Positions 49,458 through 58,366 are shown, counted from the stretch's first letter. The stretch: DNA of 64,000 bases from an uncultured Candidatus Saccharibacteria bacterium (GCA_964360585.1 CAYHXC010000007.1:3867-67866), one strand, 5' to 3'. Program-made: numbers and translations. Notes: generated by a model from the letters alone, not told the origin.

Positions 49458-50366
49458 ATGGTTTTTGAAAAAATAATCCAAGATCTCCCAGGAAAACCTT
49501 CCTGGGATCGCCGCACGATTCGGGATGTAAATCCCGTGAGTCGTCGTCGCAAGAAACGCCAAATTTCAGCTCCAAACCCAGCAATGCGCTTGGTCCATGA
49601 ACGACTGGTGGCGTATCTCCGGAGCACGATTTCGTACTCGCGCACGTACGCCACGGGATCTCAACCTGGCAACAGCAGTCTCGGCAACGTGAAGCGTCAC
49701 CAGAAAAACAGATGGTTCTATCTGGTCGATCTCAAGGACGCTTACCCGAGCGTTGATGGTCGGAAATTAGCATCAGTGTTAGTTTCCCTCAATCGAAAAC
49801 TACACGGACACGAAAGTGAAATCCTTGAATTCCTCCGGACATACTGCTTAACCGACCAAGAAGGCCTTTGGCCCACTGGACTGGTGGTAGGTGGACCGGC
49901 TTCCAATGATCTTTTTGAGATCTACGCCGGAAAACTTCTTGATGAACCGTTGGGCGAGTTGAGTCGGGCGTGGGGTGTAACCTACACACGGTACATCGAC
50001 GATCTAACTTTTTCGTCGCCACGCATGCCCATCGGCAAACGCAAACGAAAAGCAATTCGAGCGGTGATCGAGAAGGCGACACTCGTGATCAACCACCCGA
50101 AAAGTGGAGTTTACGATCTTCGTAAGGGTCCCGTGGTAATTACAGGAATCGGCCTCAAGCTGGGTGGTGATACTTTCCTCCCACGGTTCTTTTTGCGTCG
50201 CGTTCGAGGTTTTCTTCATCAAGTTGGCCGTAATCCAGAAATTTCCCGCGCTCAGGCGTCTGGACTAATGGGTTGTTTCTATGCGGCGAAACCCAGCAAC
50301 ATCTACACCCTTCCCTATAACCAGACGGAACGAACCCTCTTGGAAATGTTCGAATCACTATCTTGA
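49458..50366 (+). CDS. retron-type reverse transcriptase
   Basis: KRQISAP, NVKRH (NAxxH-like), VDLKDAYPSV, GLVVGGPAS, YTRYIDDLTFS, IN.PK, VITG (VTG-like); GGAGG RBS. Confidence 0.9.
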   Translation: MVFEKIIQDLPGKPSWDRRTIRDVNPVSRRRKKRQISAPNPAMRLVHERLVAYLRSTISYSRTYATGSQPGNSSLGNVKRHQKNRWFYLVDLKDAYPSVDGRKLASVLVSLNRKLHGHESEILEFLRTYCLTDQEGLWPTGLVVGGPASNDLFEIYAGKLLDEPLGELSRAWGVTYTRYIDDLTFSSPRMPIGKRKRKAIRAVIEKATLVINHPKSGVYDLRKGPVVITGIGLKLGGDTFLPRFFLRRVRGFLHQVGRNPEISRAQASGLMGCFYAAKPSNIYTLPYNQTERTLLEMFESLS

Positions 50367-50371
50367 AACCC

Positions 50372-50402
50372 AGCCCACGAGTTAATCTCGCTGGGCTTTT
50401 TT
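50372..50402 (+). terminator. intrinsic terminator after the RT
   Basis: AGCCCA-CGAG-TTAAT-CTCG-C-TGGGCT followed by T-run. Confidence 0.75.
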
Positions 50403-50441
50403 ATTATCTTTAGAATCGTAAATAGAGGCTTTTACGATCCC

Positions 50442-51749
50442 TTACCCTATTTTTTCGCGGAGGAAGTTTTTGAGCTCACTCATGGCGATCCGCTCCTGTG
50501 CTCCAGTGTCGCGGAAACGAACAGTTACGTCGTTTTTTTCAAGCGAATCGAAATCTACAGTGATGCAAAACGGTGTCCCAATCTCGTCTTGGGCATAGTA
50601 CCGCTTTCCAATGTTTCCCCGGTCATCCCAAGCCACCATAAACTCTTTTCGCAAATCATCGTAAATCGCGCGGGCTTTCTCTGTCAGTTCTGGCTTATTG
50701 GCGAGAAGGGGAAAGATAGCGGCCTTATACGGAGCAATTCGTGGCGGCAGTTTTAGGAAAACTCGCTCCCCTTCTTCGATATAGCTCGAAAGCAAAACAG
50801 CCAAGATCGTGCGGTCGACGCCCCAGGTTGGCTCGATGACGTGGGGCAAAAACTCCTCATTTGTTTCTGGATCGCGGTATTTCAGATTCTCGCCGGAAGC
50901 CTGCTCGTGATTCTTGAGATCAAAATCACCGCGATATGCCAGACCGTAGAGCTCTTTCTGGCCAAAGGGATAGTCGAACTCAAAGTCTACCGTTCGCTTC
51001 GAGTAGTGGGCTCGATCGCCGTCAGGAATTTCGACATCATGCACTTTCGATTCATCAATGCCCACCGCGCGCATCCACTCGTGCATTAATTCCTGCCAAA
51101 CCTCGAAATGTTCCTGCCACTCCCCTTCTCGCACAAAATACTCGATTTCCATTTGCTCGAACTCACGAGTGCGGAAAATAAAATTCCCGGGTGTGATCTC
51201 ATTCCGAAAAGCTTTTCCGATTTGGGCTACACCAAACGGAAGTCGCTTTCGGGTCGTCTCTCGAATATTTTTAAACTGCACAAACATGGCCTGGGCCGTT
51301 TCTGGACGAAGATACACGATATTTGCCTCCTCCTCGGCTGGACCAAGAAAGGTCTTGAGCATCATGTTAAACTGCTGGGCCTTGGTGAACTGATCTTTTG
51401 CTCCGCAGTTCTCACAGGGTTCGTCTACGCTGATCTGATCGGCGCGGAATCGGGTGTGACATTTTTTGCATTCGATAAGCGGATCAGAAAACTCCTTCAA
51501 GTGTCCGCTCGCTTCCCAGACTTTCGGATTCATAATAAGTGCGGCATCCAATCCAACCATATCGTCCCGTTCTTGAACAAACATCTTCCACCACAGATTC
51601 TTGATATTGTTTTTTAACTGCGCGCCCAGCGGGCCGTAGTCCCAACTATTCGCCAGTCCGCCATAAATTTCCGAGCCAGGAAAAATAAAGCCGCGCCGTT
51701 TCGCGAGGCTCACGATTTTTTCCATCAAGTTTTGTTCGTTTTCGGCCAT
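50442..51749 (-). CDS. glyS: glycine--tRNA ligase (alpha2, eukaryote-type)
   Basis: KRRGFIFPGSEIYGG, YLRPETAQ, FRNEITP, REFEQME; start at MAENE. Confidence 0.96.
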   Translation of the reverse strand: MAENEQNLMEKIVSLAKRRGFIFPGSEIYGGLANSWDYGPLGAQLKNNIKNLWWKMFVQERDDMVGLDAALIMNPKVWEASGHLKEFSDPLIECKKCHTRFRADQISVDEPCENCGAKDQFTKAQQFNMMLKTFLGPAEEEANIVYLRPETAQAMFVQFKNIRETTRKRLPFGVAQIGKAFRNEITPGNFIFRTREFEQMEIEYFVREGEWQEHFEVWQELMHEWMRAVGIDESKVHDVEIPDGDRAHYSKRTVDFEFDYPFGQKELYGLAYRGDFDLKNHEQASGENLKYRDPETNEEFLPHVIEPTWGVDRTILAVLLSSYIEEGERVFLKLPPRIAPYKAAIFPLLANKPELTEKARAIYDDLRKEFMVAWDDRGNIGKRYYAQDEIGTPFCITVDFDSLEKNDVTVRFRDTGAQERIAMSELKNFLREKIG

Positions 51750-51761
51750 GGTTAGAGTATA

Positions 51762-51910
51762 TTGAGAAACCCTCTTCCGTTGCAACATGTCGAGATTTTT
51801 GAGCGAAAAGCGTTCGGCCCGAAGAAGGAATACCCAGAGGTATTTCGAGGAGAGACGGAGGCTTTGCAGCCGAAAATATCGGCATGCTTGTAGAATACGG
51901 AGTTTCTCAA
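51762..51910. repeat. 149-bp intergenic hairpin element with TACC-N4-GGTA tip
   Basis: TTGAGAAAC / GTTTCTCAA ends, CATGTCGA..TTTT / AAAA..TCGGCATG stem, apex AATACC-CAGA-GGTATT. Confidence 0.6.
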
Positions 51911-51915
51911 CATGC

Positions 51916-53709
51916 TCAAGGCTGAACTGTGCGATCAACATTACCGAGACTTTGATCGTCTGGCAAGCTCGAAAGAATCGCTCCGGCGGTTACCGAATAG
52001 GCTCGGCCAATAAAATCATCATTGGCCCGAAGGATGGTTGGGCGAAGAAGGGTCATATCGTGGTCGACATAGGCGCTGGACGGTGTGGATTCAATTTGAA
52101 AAACTGCCTCGATCGGCGCGCCTAAAACACCCTGGTTGGCGGCAAGTTTATCAATCTTCCAGGAGATTTGGCCGCTGGCCGAGTTATAGATCGGCGTGCT
52201 CGAGATGTTGGCTGTCGGTTTTCCGATTAACTGGCTGTAAGGCTCGAGGAAGGAAGATATTTCTATCCGACTCACGTCGGCGGCGTAGTTCTGGAGGGTC
52301 CAACGAATGGTGTACCGGCTCGACGCATTCACCTTCGGCGGATAGGGACCGCCCTCGTGGTATCCCCTGGCTCGCAAGCCAATCTCGCCGGCCACCTTTG
52401 TTTCTGATTTTGTCTGCACAAATGTCTTCTGGCGCGAAACGCTGGGAATTGGCGTCGGCGACTCGGCTGAGCCATTTACTTTGAGAACATAATTTTTATC
52501 ACTCTGACGCGCGATCGGAAAACTATTTTTTACAAAAATACTAAAACCAATCGTCTGCGACTCCCCCGGCGGCAAACGAAGCAAACTGGGAATAGTGCCC
52601 GAGTTCCAGGTCACGGTGTTATTGATCGCATTTAAAACTCCGGAAGTCTGGAGCGTGCTCATATTAAAAAGTTCGCCGAGCAAGGTGGCTTTTAAAACGA
52701 CATTCTCAAGCGGTACCTCGGTGTTGTTCTTAATGCTCACCAGATAATCAATCTTCTCTCCCAGGCGAGCCGCGTCATTATTACTCGGCCGAATAGTGAG
52801 CGAGAGCGGCGGCGCGGCAATACTCAAGCTGGCAGATTTAGTCGTCAGAATATATTCACTTGCCCCTTCCCGCCGCGTTAAACGCGCCACCAGATTTACA
52901 AAATCACTTTCCTGACCAATCAGATTTCCGGTTATGGTCACTGTGCGAACCTCCCCGCTCTCCAGGACGCCAATCGGCCAACTCGAAGTGGCCGTCGTCG
53001 ATGACTCGCTTGTTCCGCTCAGTATAAAATTCTTGGGAAAGGCGAGGGAAAGAGTAAGATTACCGATCATTTCGCTCGTCCGGTTGTTAATCGTGATTTT
53101 TGTTTCAAAATTACCGCCGCTTAAAATAGTTTCCGGCGTCGAAAGATCAAGCGTGACGGCAGGCTGGCCGATCAAAACATCGGTTGTTTCGTTTCGTTCA
53201 AACTGGGCGCTCGAACCGCTTTGAACGTAGGTGAACTTCGCTTGAATCCGACCCACCTTCTCCGTTCCTGATGCGGCCACAATCTGCACTTCACTACTCG
53301 CAAATGACAACCGGTCGATCGTGCCAATCGATTCCTCATACACGCGCGCGCTTGGCTTTCGTTCCGTAAAGGCCATCTCCGGCGGCAAATAGATAGAGAG
53401 CGTACCGTTTTTGAGAACCTCGGTATTCGTATTTTCAATTTTCACCTTCAGAGAAAACGGCTGTCCCACGGGAACTTCGCTCGGTGCCATCAGCACCACG
53501 GACGCGCTTTGCGCCGGTTCGCTAATCAACTGCATCAAAAGAAATATACCGAGACCGATCACGAGAATGGCGCCGAGACCGATGCCGATAGGCAAAAGCG
53601 GCAAAGACACGTGTGTTTTTTTCATGACGCCGAAGTTTGGCGCAAGTTCCGGTTTTTTTGGCGCGCGTTCATCCTCCTTCCAAGGAGATTTAAAAAAAGG
53701 TTCTGGCAT
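51916..53709 (-). CDS. membrane-anchored multi-Ig-like (DUF11-like) surface protein
   Basis: single N-terminal TM; repeated Y.I.I.N beta-sandwich patterns. Confidence 0.75.
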   Translation of the reverse strand: MPEPFFKSPWKEDERAPKKPELAPNFGVMKKTHVSLPLLPIGIGLGAILVIGLGIFLLMQLISEPAQSASVVLMAPSEVPVGQPFSLKVKIENTNTEVLKNGTLSIYLPPEMAFTERKPSARVYEESIGTIDRLSFASSEVQIVAASGTEKVGRIQAKFTYVQSGSSAQFERNETTDVLIGQPAVTLDLSTPETILSGGNFETKITINNRTSEMIGNLTLSLAFPKNFILSGTSESSTTATSSWPIGVLESGEVRTVTITGNLIGQESDFVNLVARLTRREGASEYILTTKSASLSIAAPPLSLTIRPSNNDAARLGEKIDYLVSIKNNTEVPLENVVLKATLLGELFNMSTLQTSGVLNAINNTVTWNSGTIPSLLRLPPGESQTIGFSIFVKNSFPIARQSDKNYVLKVNGSAESPTPIPSVSRQKTFVQTKSETKVAGEIGLRARGYHEGGPYPPKVNASSRYTIRWTLQNYAADVSRIEISSFLEPYSQLIGKPTANISSTPIYNSASGQISWKIDKLAANQGVLGAPIEAVFQIESTPSSAYVDHDMTLLRPTILRANDDFIGRAYSVTAGAILSSLPDDQSLGNVDRTVQP

Positions 53710-54204
53710 TTATTCCACAACAATCATTGTATCCTTTTCCTTTCCGAAGGCATAGCATCGATCGCAGAAAAAATGTTGATTCATGAGATCAAAATATCGC
53801 GGCAAAGCCGCCTCGCAACTATCACAACGCGCTTCTTCTGGATCCCAACCGAGAAGACGGAGAATGATTCGCCAGGATGGCTCGTTCGCCACCACTCGCC
53901 AGAGTTCGGGATCGGCTTCATGGTCGGAAAGAAGACGGGCGAGATGGGAAAAATTGACGAGCTCCCACACAACCTTTCGCTCTTTCAAGGCATCGACGAT
54001 CGAAAGATCATTTTTTTCGATCAACCGAATGGTAGTGATGTTTCCCGGCTCGAGATGCGGTGAAAGTTTTGAGAGAATTTTTCGAGAGCTGACGGTGCGA
54101 GCCGCCATCTTGCCGACCTGACGGCTGAAAAAAGTAATCCGCTCATCCCATTCGCCGCGCGGTTCCCGTTTTAAAATAACTGCTGACGTAATGAATTCGC
54201 GCAT
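53710..54204 (-). CDS. recO: DNA repair protein RecO (short form)
   Basis: AVILKR...GE.D, GK..A...SSRK..SKL; CxxC...CxxC. Confidence 0.85.
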   Translation of the reverse strand: MREFITSAVILKREPRGEWDERITFFSRQVGKMAARTVSSRKILSKLSPHLEPGNITTIRLIEKNDLSIVDALKERKVVWELVNFSHLARLLSDHEADPELWRVVANEPSWRIILRLLGWDPEEARCDSCEAALPRYFDLMNQHFFCDRCYAFGKEKDTMIVVE

Positions 54205-55539
54205 CTATGTTTTTGCCGCCCGGATTCTTTTTAGCTCGTCGCGGACCACTTCGCGATCATCCCACAAAGAAAATGAACCGTTCGGTCCGACAATCGCCTG
54301 TTCGCATCCTTTTCCGGTTATGAGAACCAGTCCGCCCGACTCGGCCAAGGTCAAAGCTTTATGAATAGCTTCCCGCCGATCTTTAATCACAAAAAGATCC
54401 CGACCGTCTTTTTTTCCGCCTTCAAGAACGCCTACTTCAACTTGATTGATAATCTCCTCGGGATCTTCGTCGTAGGGATCTTCGTTGGTGACGATAACGT
54501 AATCGGCAAACTCGGCCGCCATTTTTCCTAAAACCGGCCGCCTGGCTTTATCGCGACCGCCGCCCGTTCCCCCTAAGACCTGGATAATTTTTTTATACTG
54601 CAGTGGCCGGAGTGTGGCATATAAATTGCCCATAGCTCCTGGTTCAAAAGCATAATCAACAACAATATCCCAGGGCTGACCTTCGTTTATATACTCTAGG
54701 CGGCCTGGCACAGGCGGCAGGTTTCGAACGGCGCCCTGGAGCGCTTCCCAGGAAATGCCGAGCGCTCGAGCAATGGTGAGGGCGGCCACGACATTTCGGA
54801 CGTTGTGTTCACCGCGGAGCGGTGATTCGAAAGCATGCCCATCGAGCGTGAACTTCATACCCCTGGGAGTAGTCTCTAGGTTTTGAGCGTGCAAGAGCGT
54901 TACGGCCGGCAGATTTTTGTCATGAAGCGTGAAGGCATACTTTTCCTCAACTGAAAAATCAAGAAAGTCATGGGCGTGTTCGTCATCAGCATTTACCACA
55001 ATCCGGCGCGGAATTTCCCGCTCGCCCAGTTTTTTCTTCTTTCCCGCCGCCAGATGGTCAAATAGTTTTAACTTGGCCTTTTTATAGTTCTCGAAACCGC
55101 CATGAGCTTCAATATGTTCGGGGTAAAGGTTGGTGCAAAGCAGGAGATCGTAATGAATCCCCCGGTGGCGAGACTGGTCGATTCCCTGCGAGGTGGTTTC
55201 GATAATCGCGTACTGACAGTTAGCCTTAACCATCCGGCGCAAAAACTGTTGGGTTTTAAAACGGCCGAGCATGGTCATCTTCCGATCGTTCATCTTCGAC
55301 CACTCGCCAATCTTGAAGGCAATGGTACTTAATGAACCAACCGCACTGCCGACTCCCTCAAGGAGACTATGAAGAATGAAAACGGTCGTGGATTTTCCCG
55401 AGGTGCCTGTAACGCCAATCACCGTCAGTTTTTCCGACGGAAAGCCGTACCACAGCGCGCCCAGCTCGGCTAAACTGCGGTGGTAGAGCGCGAGGACAAA
55501 GGGCGGCGTAATCTTCAAAATTGCGGTTTTAAGTGACAT
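54205..55539 (-). CDS. murE: UDP-N-acetylmuramyl-tripeptide synthetase
   Basis: GVTGTSGKSTT, ETTSQG, VPGRLE, VDYA, GGGRD..RR..LG, EDP, GKG.E. Confidence 0.92.
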   Translation of the reverse strand: MSLKTAILKITPPFVLALYHRSLAELGALWYGFPSEKLTVIGVTGTSGKSTTVFILHSLLEGVGSAVGSLSTIAFKIGEWSKMNDRKMTMLGRFKTQQFLRRMVKANCQYAIIETTSQGIDQSRHRGIHYDLLLCTNLYPEHIEAHGGFENYKKAKLKLFDHLAAGKKKKLGEREIPRRIVVNADDEHAHDFLDFSVEEKYAFTLHDKNLPAVTLLHAQNLETTPRGMKFTLDGHAFESPLRGEHNVRNVVAALTIARALGISWEALQGAVRNLPPVPGRLEYINEGQPWDIVVDYAFEPGAMGNLYATLRPLQYKKIIQVLGGTGGGRDKARRPVLGKMAAEFADYVIVTNEDPYDEDPEEIINQVEVGVLEGGKKDGRDLFVIKDRREAIHKALTLAESGGLVLITGKGCEQAIVGPNGSFSLWDDREVVRDELKRIRAAKT

Positions 55540-55661
55540 AGCGGCGATGCTACCAATAATACGCTGATGGCGGCACTTTTTCCACAGTTAACACAGATTT
55601 TTCCCCACCTTGTCCACCTTTTGCGCTTGACTTTTTAGATAGAGGTGGAAAAATAAGATTA

Positions 55662-55791
55662 GGTTTGAGAGCATACAAGAGTTCCGTTTGATAATCTATC
55701 CAATTCGGAACCCACACATTGTTATAGTCTGATGACTATAACTGAGGGTCCCACCTAATTGATTTTCGGAATACTCCCCGCATCTCAAACC
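55662..55791 (+). ncRNA. candidate rod-shaped ncRNA (6S-like?)
   Basis: nested stems GGTTTGAGA/TCTCAAACC, TTCCG/CGGAA, CAATT/AATTG, ACCC/GGGT, GTTATAGTC/GACTATAAC; TTGACT upstream, terminator-like hairpin downstream. Confidence 0.5.
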
Positions 55792-55822
55792 AAATAGAAA
55801 ATATGATCCCCTCTCACCGCTG

Positions 55823-55846
55823 AAGCCCCTCTCCTCGGGGGGTTTT
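55823..55846 (+). terminator. putative terminator
   Basis: AAGCCCCT...GGGGGGTTTT hairpin. Confidence 0.45.
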
Positions 55847-55872
55847 AGCTTTCTAGGGTGTCCTTTCTTTTC

Positions 55873-56040
55873 TTAGAACCCATCTCAAAAATAGAATCAC
55901 GCAGTCTTCCGGCTAGATTCGGCTATAAACCCACCCGACCCTCCTTGAAATACCATAGGGTATTCCTGTCTCGGGTCGGATGGTTCTCGCTCGAATCTAT
56001 CACGGAATACCCCTGTGCCTATTTTTAAGATGGGTTCTAG
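55873..56040. mobile_element. 168-bp hairpin MITE-like element, copy 4
   Basis: as copy 3; left end TTAG. Confidence 0.85.
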
Positions 56041-56480
56041 GCAACTCTGTCGAGCTCAATCTCAAGCTTAACAACATAGGGTTCTACTATTCTCAATAAC
56101 TGCTCTCCCTCCGTAACGAGATCGGGGCTGATAGGAATGTCCTGATCTGATTTCTCTTTTTTCTTATTTAATCTTTTGATCTTCCGAGCTAAAGCGCTCC
56201 ATTTCTTTTTAACGCGGTTCTCCTCCCAGCGGTCATTAATTTTATTCTCTTCCAGAATAATACCGACAATACCAAGCAGGGCGGAAAACCAGACCATTCG
56301 GAATTTATTAAGCTCCTTTCCTTCGAAAACTTCTGGATCTTCGTAATCTTTGTCAGTGAGGGTTAATTTTCTCAATTTTTTCCACGTATGTAGCAATTTT
56401 TCTACAGAGTATTCATGAAAATATTGCTCGTCATCTTCGTAGGCTACGTCTGGAGTTGTCGGTGGTTTTTCTTTAAGCAT
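56037..56480 (-). CDS. hypothetical protein
   Basis: 147-aa charged ORF coupled to the dsbB-like gene. Confidence 0.6.
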   Translation of the reverse strand: MLKEKPPTTPDVAYEDDEQYFHEYSVEKLLHTWKKLRKLTLTDKDYEDPEVFEGKELNKFRMVWFSALLGIVGIILEENKINDRWEENRVKKKWSALARKIKRLNKKKEKSDQDIPISPDLVTEGEQLLRIVEPYVVKLEIELDRVA

Positions 56481-57009
56481 TCCGAGCCGTTTTCTTTATC
56501 CCTAAAATCGTGGCGATCATGGCAAATCCAGTTAAGGACATGACCGGGATCGTGATGTAGCCATATTCGTAGACAAACCGCTCACTGCAGGATACCGCGG
56601 TCGCGTCGCATGGTAAAAGAGAGATGCCGGTATTCTCAAGATAGACGTGATCCAGGGCGACGAGCGTACCGAAAACGGTGAGCCAGATAAGATAGTCAAT
56701 GGCCGCCGTATCGCCTTTTTTATACACCGCCACGCCGGAAACAATGAGAATGCCGTACATGAATATCCGCTGCCACCAGCAGAGCGTACAGGGCGGAAAA
56801 CCAATGTAGTTCGAGTAGAATAAACTGACCAAAACTGCCCCAAGGGCGATCAGAAAGACGAGTTTTAGCCCATTTCGTTCGATATACTGAATCGTTCCGT
56901 TATGCCGGCCGCGAAAGACGAGCGAGAGGACAATTACGGCTACAATAAGCTGGCCGCCCAAGGTCATACTGGCCATAAGCTGATTGGTTATGGCGATAAT
57001 GTTTTCCAT
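56473..57009 (-). CDS. dsbB: disulfide bond formation protein B family (DsbB/BdbC)
   Basis: PCTLCWWQRIFMY, second Cys pair, 4-5 TM. Confidence 0.88.
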   Translation of the reverse strand: MENIIAITNQLMASMTLGGQLIVAVIVLSLVFRGRHNGTIQYIERNGLKLVFLIALGAVLVSLFYSNYIGFPPCTLCWWQRIFMYGILIVSGVAVYKKGDTAAIDYLIWLTVFGTLVALDHVYLENTGISLLPCDATAVSCSERFVYEYGYITIPVMSLTGFAMIATILGIKKTARNA

Positions 57010-57011
57010 GC

Positions 57012-57389
57012 TTACTTTGGCAAGACGCAGCTTGTCTTCTCGGCTAATTGACTAAGCGGAATCTCGCCCGTGAGTTCAGTGCCATCAGCGAATCGCCAGG
57101 TTGGATAGCTTTGAACCTTAGCATTATTACAAATTGCTAACTGCTCCCGATTGGGTGTGGAGCACTCGACGTAGGGCAAAAGACGAGCCGAATTTCCAAA
57201 CATCGCTTTTTGATTCTGACAGTGCGGACACCAGAATGCGCCGTAAAACTTCGCTCCGTTGTCCTTTAAGCACTGTGCGAACTGATCATACTGACCCGGG
57301 GCGTTGTTGCTATAAACTGCCCAGCCGATAATGGCCGCAAGAACGACAACGATCACGATCCAGAAGGTGAAATCACTTTTTCTTTTCAT
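57012..57389 (-). CDS. membrane-anchored thioredoxin-like protein
   Basis: FYGAFWCPHC..QK..FG, YVEC, YPTW. Confidence 0.85.
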   Translation of the reverse strand: MKRKSDFTFWIVIVVVLAAIIGWAVYSNNAPGQYDQFAQCLKDNGAKFYGAFWCPHCQNQKAMFGNSARLLPYVECSTPNREQLAICNNAKVQSYPTWRFADGTELTGEIPLSQLAEKTSCVLPK

Positions 57390-57622
57390 GATCTAGATTA
57401 TAGCGATTTTTTCCGAGTTGTCATCTTCTCAACTGACGAGAGCTTACACGTAATAGCTTTTTGTGTTCTAAAATTCATGAACAAGTCAGGGGATAACCAG
57501 GGACTTGCGCCCTGTCTCCTTCCCCTTCTATACTAACCGCAGTCATTTGCGAGGTACCAGTTCTTTGACATCTGAAAACGAACAACACACAGTTATTTAC
57601 TAATCCAACTATTTTAACAACA

Positions 57623-58366
57623 ATGATTAAACGCTTTCTCGCCATGCTTCTCGTGGTAGGCAGTTTCGGTTTTCAGATGAGTTTCGCCCTGGCTCAAACG
57701 AACGAGGTTGATCCCCAGGTCGCCGCCCAGCTGAAGGAACAGATTATGACCCTCCAATCCACCGTAACCTCGCTTGAGGCCCAGGTGGCCGCGAAGAATG
57801 CGGCTATGACCGTGACGGTAACGACCGAACCGACCTTAAGCGAAGCGAACGCCATGGCCCTGAAGGAGTCTTTGACCGCATTGAGCGCTTTGGTGACCCA
57901 GATGCAAGCTCGGATTGGATCGGATCTCTCCGCAAGCGATCGAGCCGTTCTCGCGACTGGCCTTGGGTCTCTGGCCCAGTATCTCCAAACCATGAAGAAT
58001 GGTCTCGGATCCAGTGCTCCGATTACCGTAACCCCAAATATCGCCGTGACGCCGGCTCCGAGCGCGATTGCTCAGGCGCCAGCCGTCACTCCCGTCCGTG
58101 CCGTAACGCCGATTGCCACCACCCCGACCGTTTCCGCTCCGGCAGCTGCTGACACCAAGACCGAAGGAACCGCCGCCATGGCCGATACGGCCGCGGCAGA
58201 CACTGAAACCAGCGCCGAAACCGCTTCCGTAACCGAAGGATTTGGCCGTCAGTCATGGGGAGTAGTTATTATTCTCCTCGTGGTCGCCGGACTGGTCTAT
58301 TGGTTCATGAAGGATTCAGACGAAACACCGATTCCTGCCAATAAAGCTCTCACGCAGGTTAAGTAA
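57623..58366 (+). CDS. secreted coiled-coil, Ala/Pro/Thr-rich protein with C-terminal TM
   Basis: signal peptide, heptad region, low-complexity linker, TM. Confidence 0.75.
   Translation: MIKRFLAMLLVVGSFGFQMSFALAQTNEVDPQVAAQLKEQIMTLQSTVTSLEAQVAAKNAAMTVTVTTEPTLSEANAMALKESLTALSALVTQMQARIGSDLSASDRAVLATGLGSLAQYLQTMKNGLGSSAPITVTPNIAVTPAPSAIAQAPAVTPVRAVTPIATTPTVSAPAAADTKTEGTAAMADTAAADTETSAETASVTEGFGRQSWGVVIILLVVAGLVYWFMKDSDETPIPANKALTQVK

Noticed and set aside
49458-50366. RT as a DGR or group II intron RT
   Set aside because: No avd gene, SQ motif or TR/VR pair differing at adenines was seen. There is no maturase X domain or intron domain V. Retron X/Y-type motifs are present instead.
55575-55620. 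Clustered CCAC motifs as oriC
   Set aside because: Only degenerate DnaA-like boxes, with no dnaA/dnaN nearby. Isolated boxes also occur at 566 and 21867.
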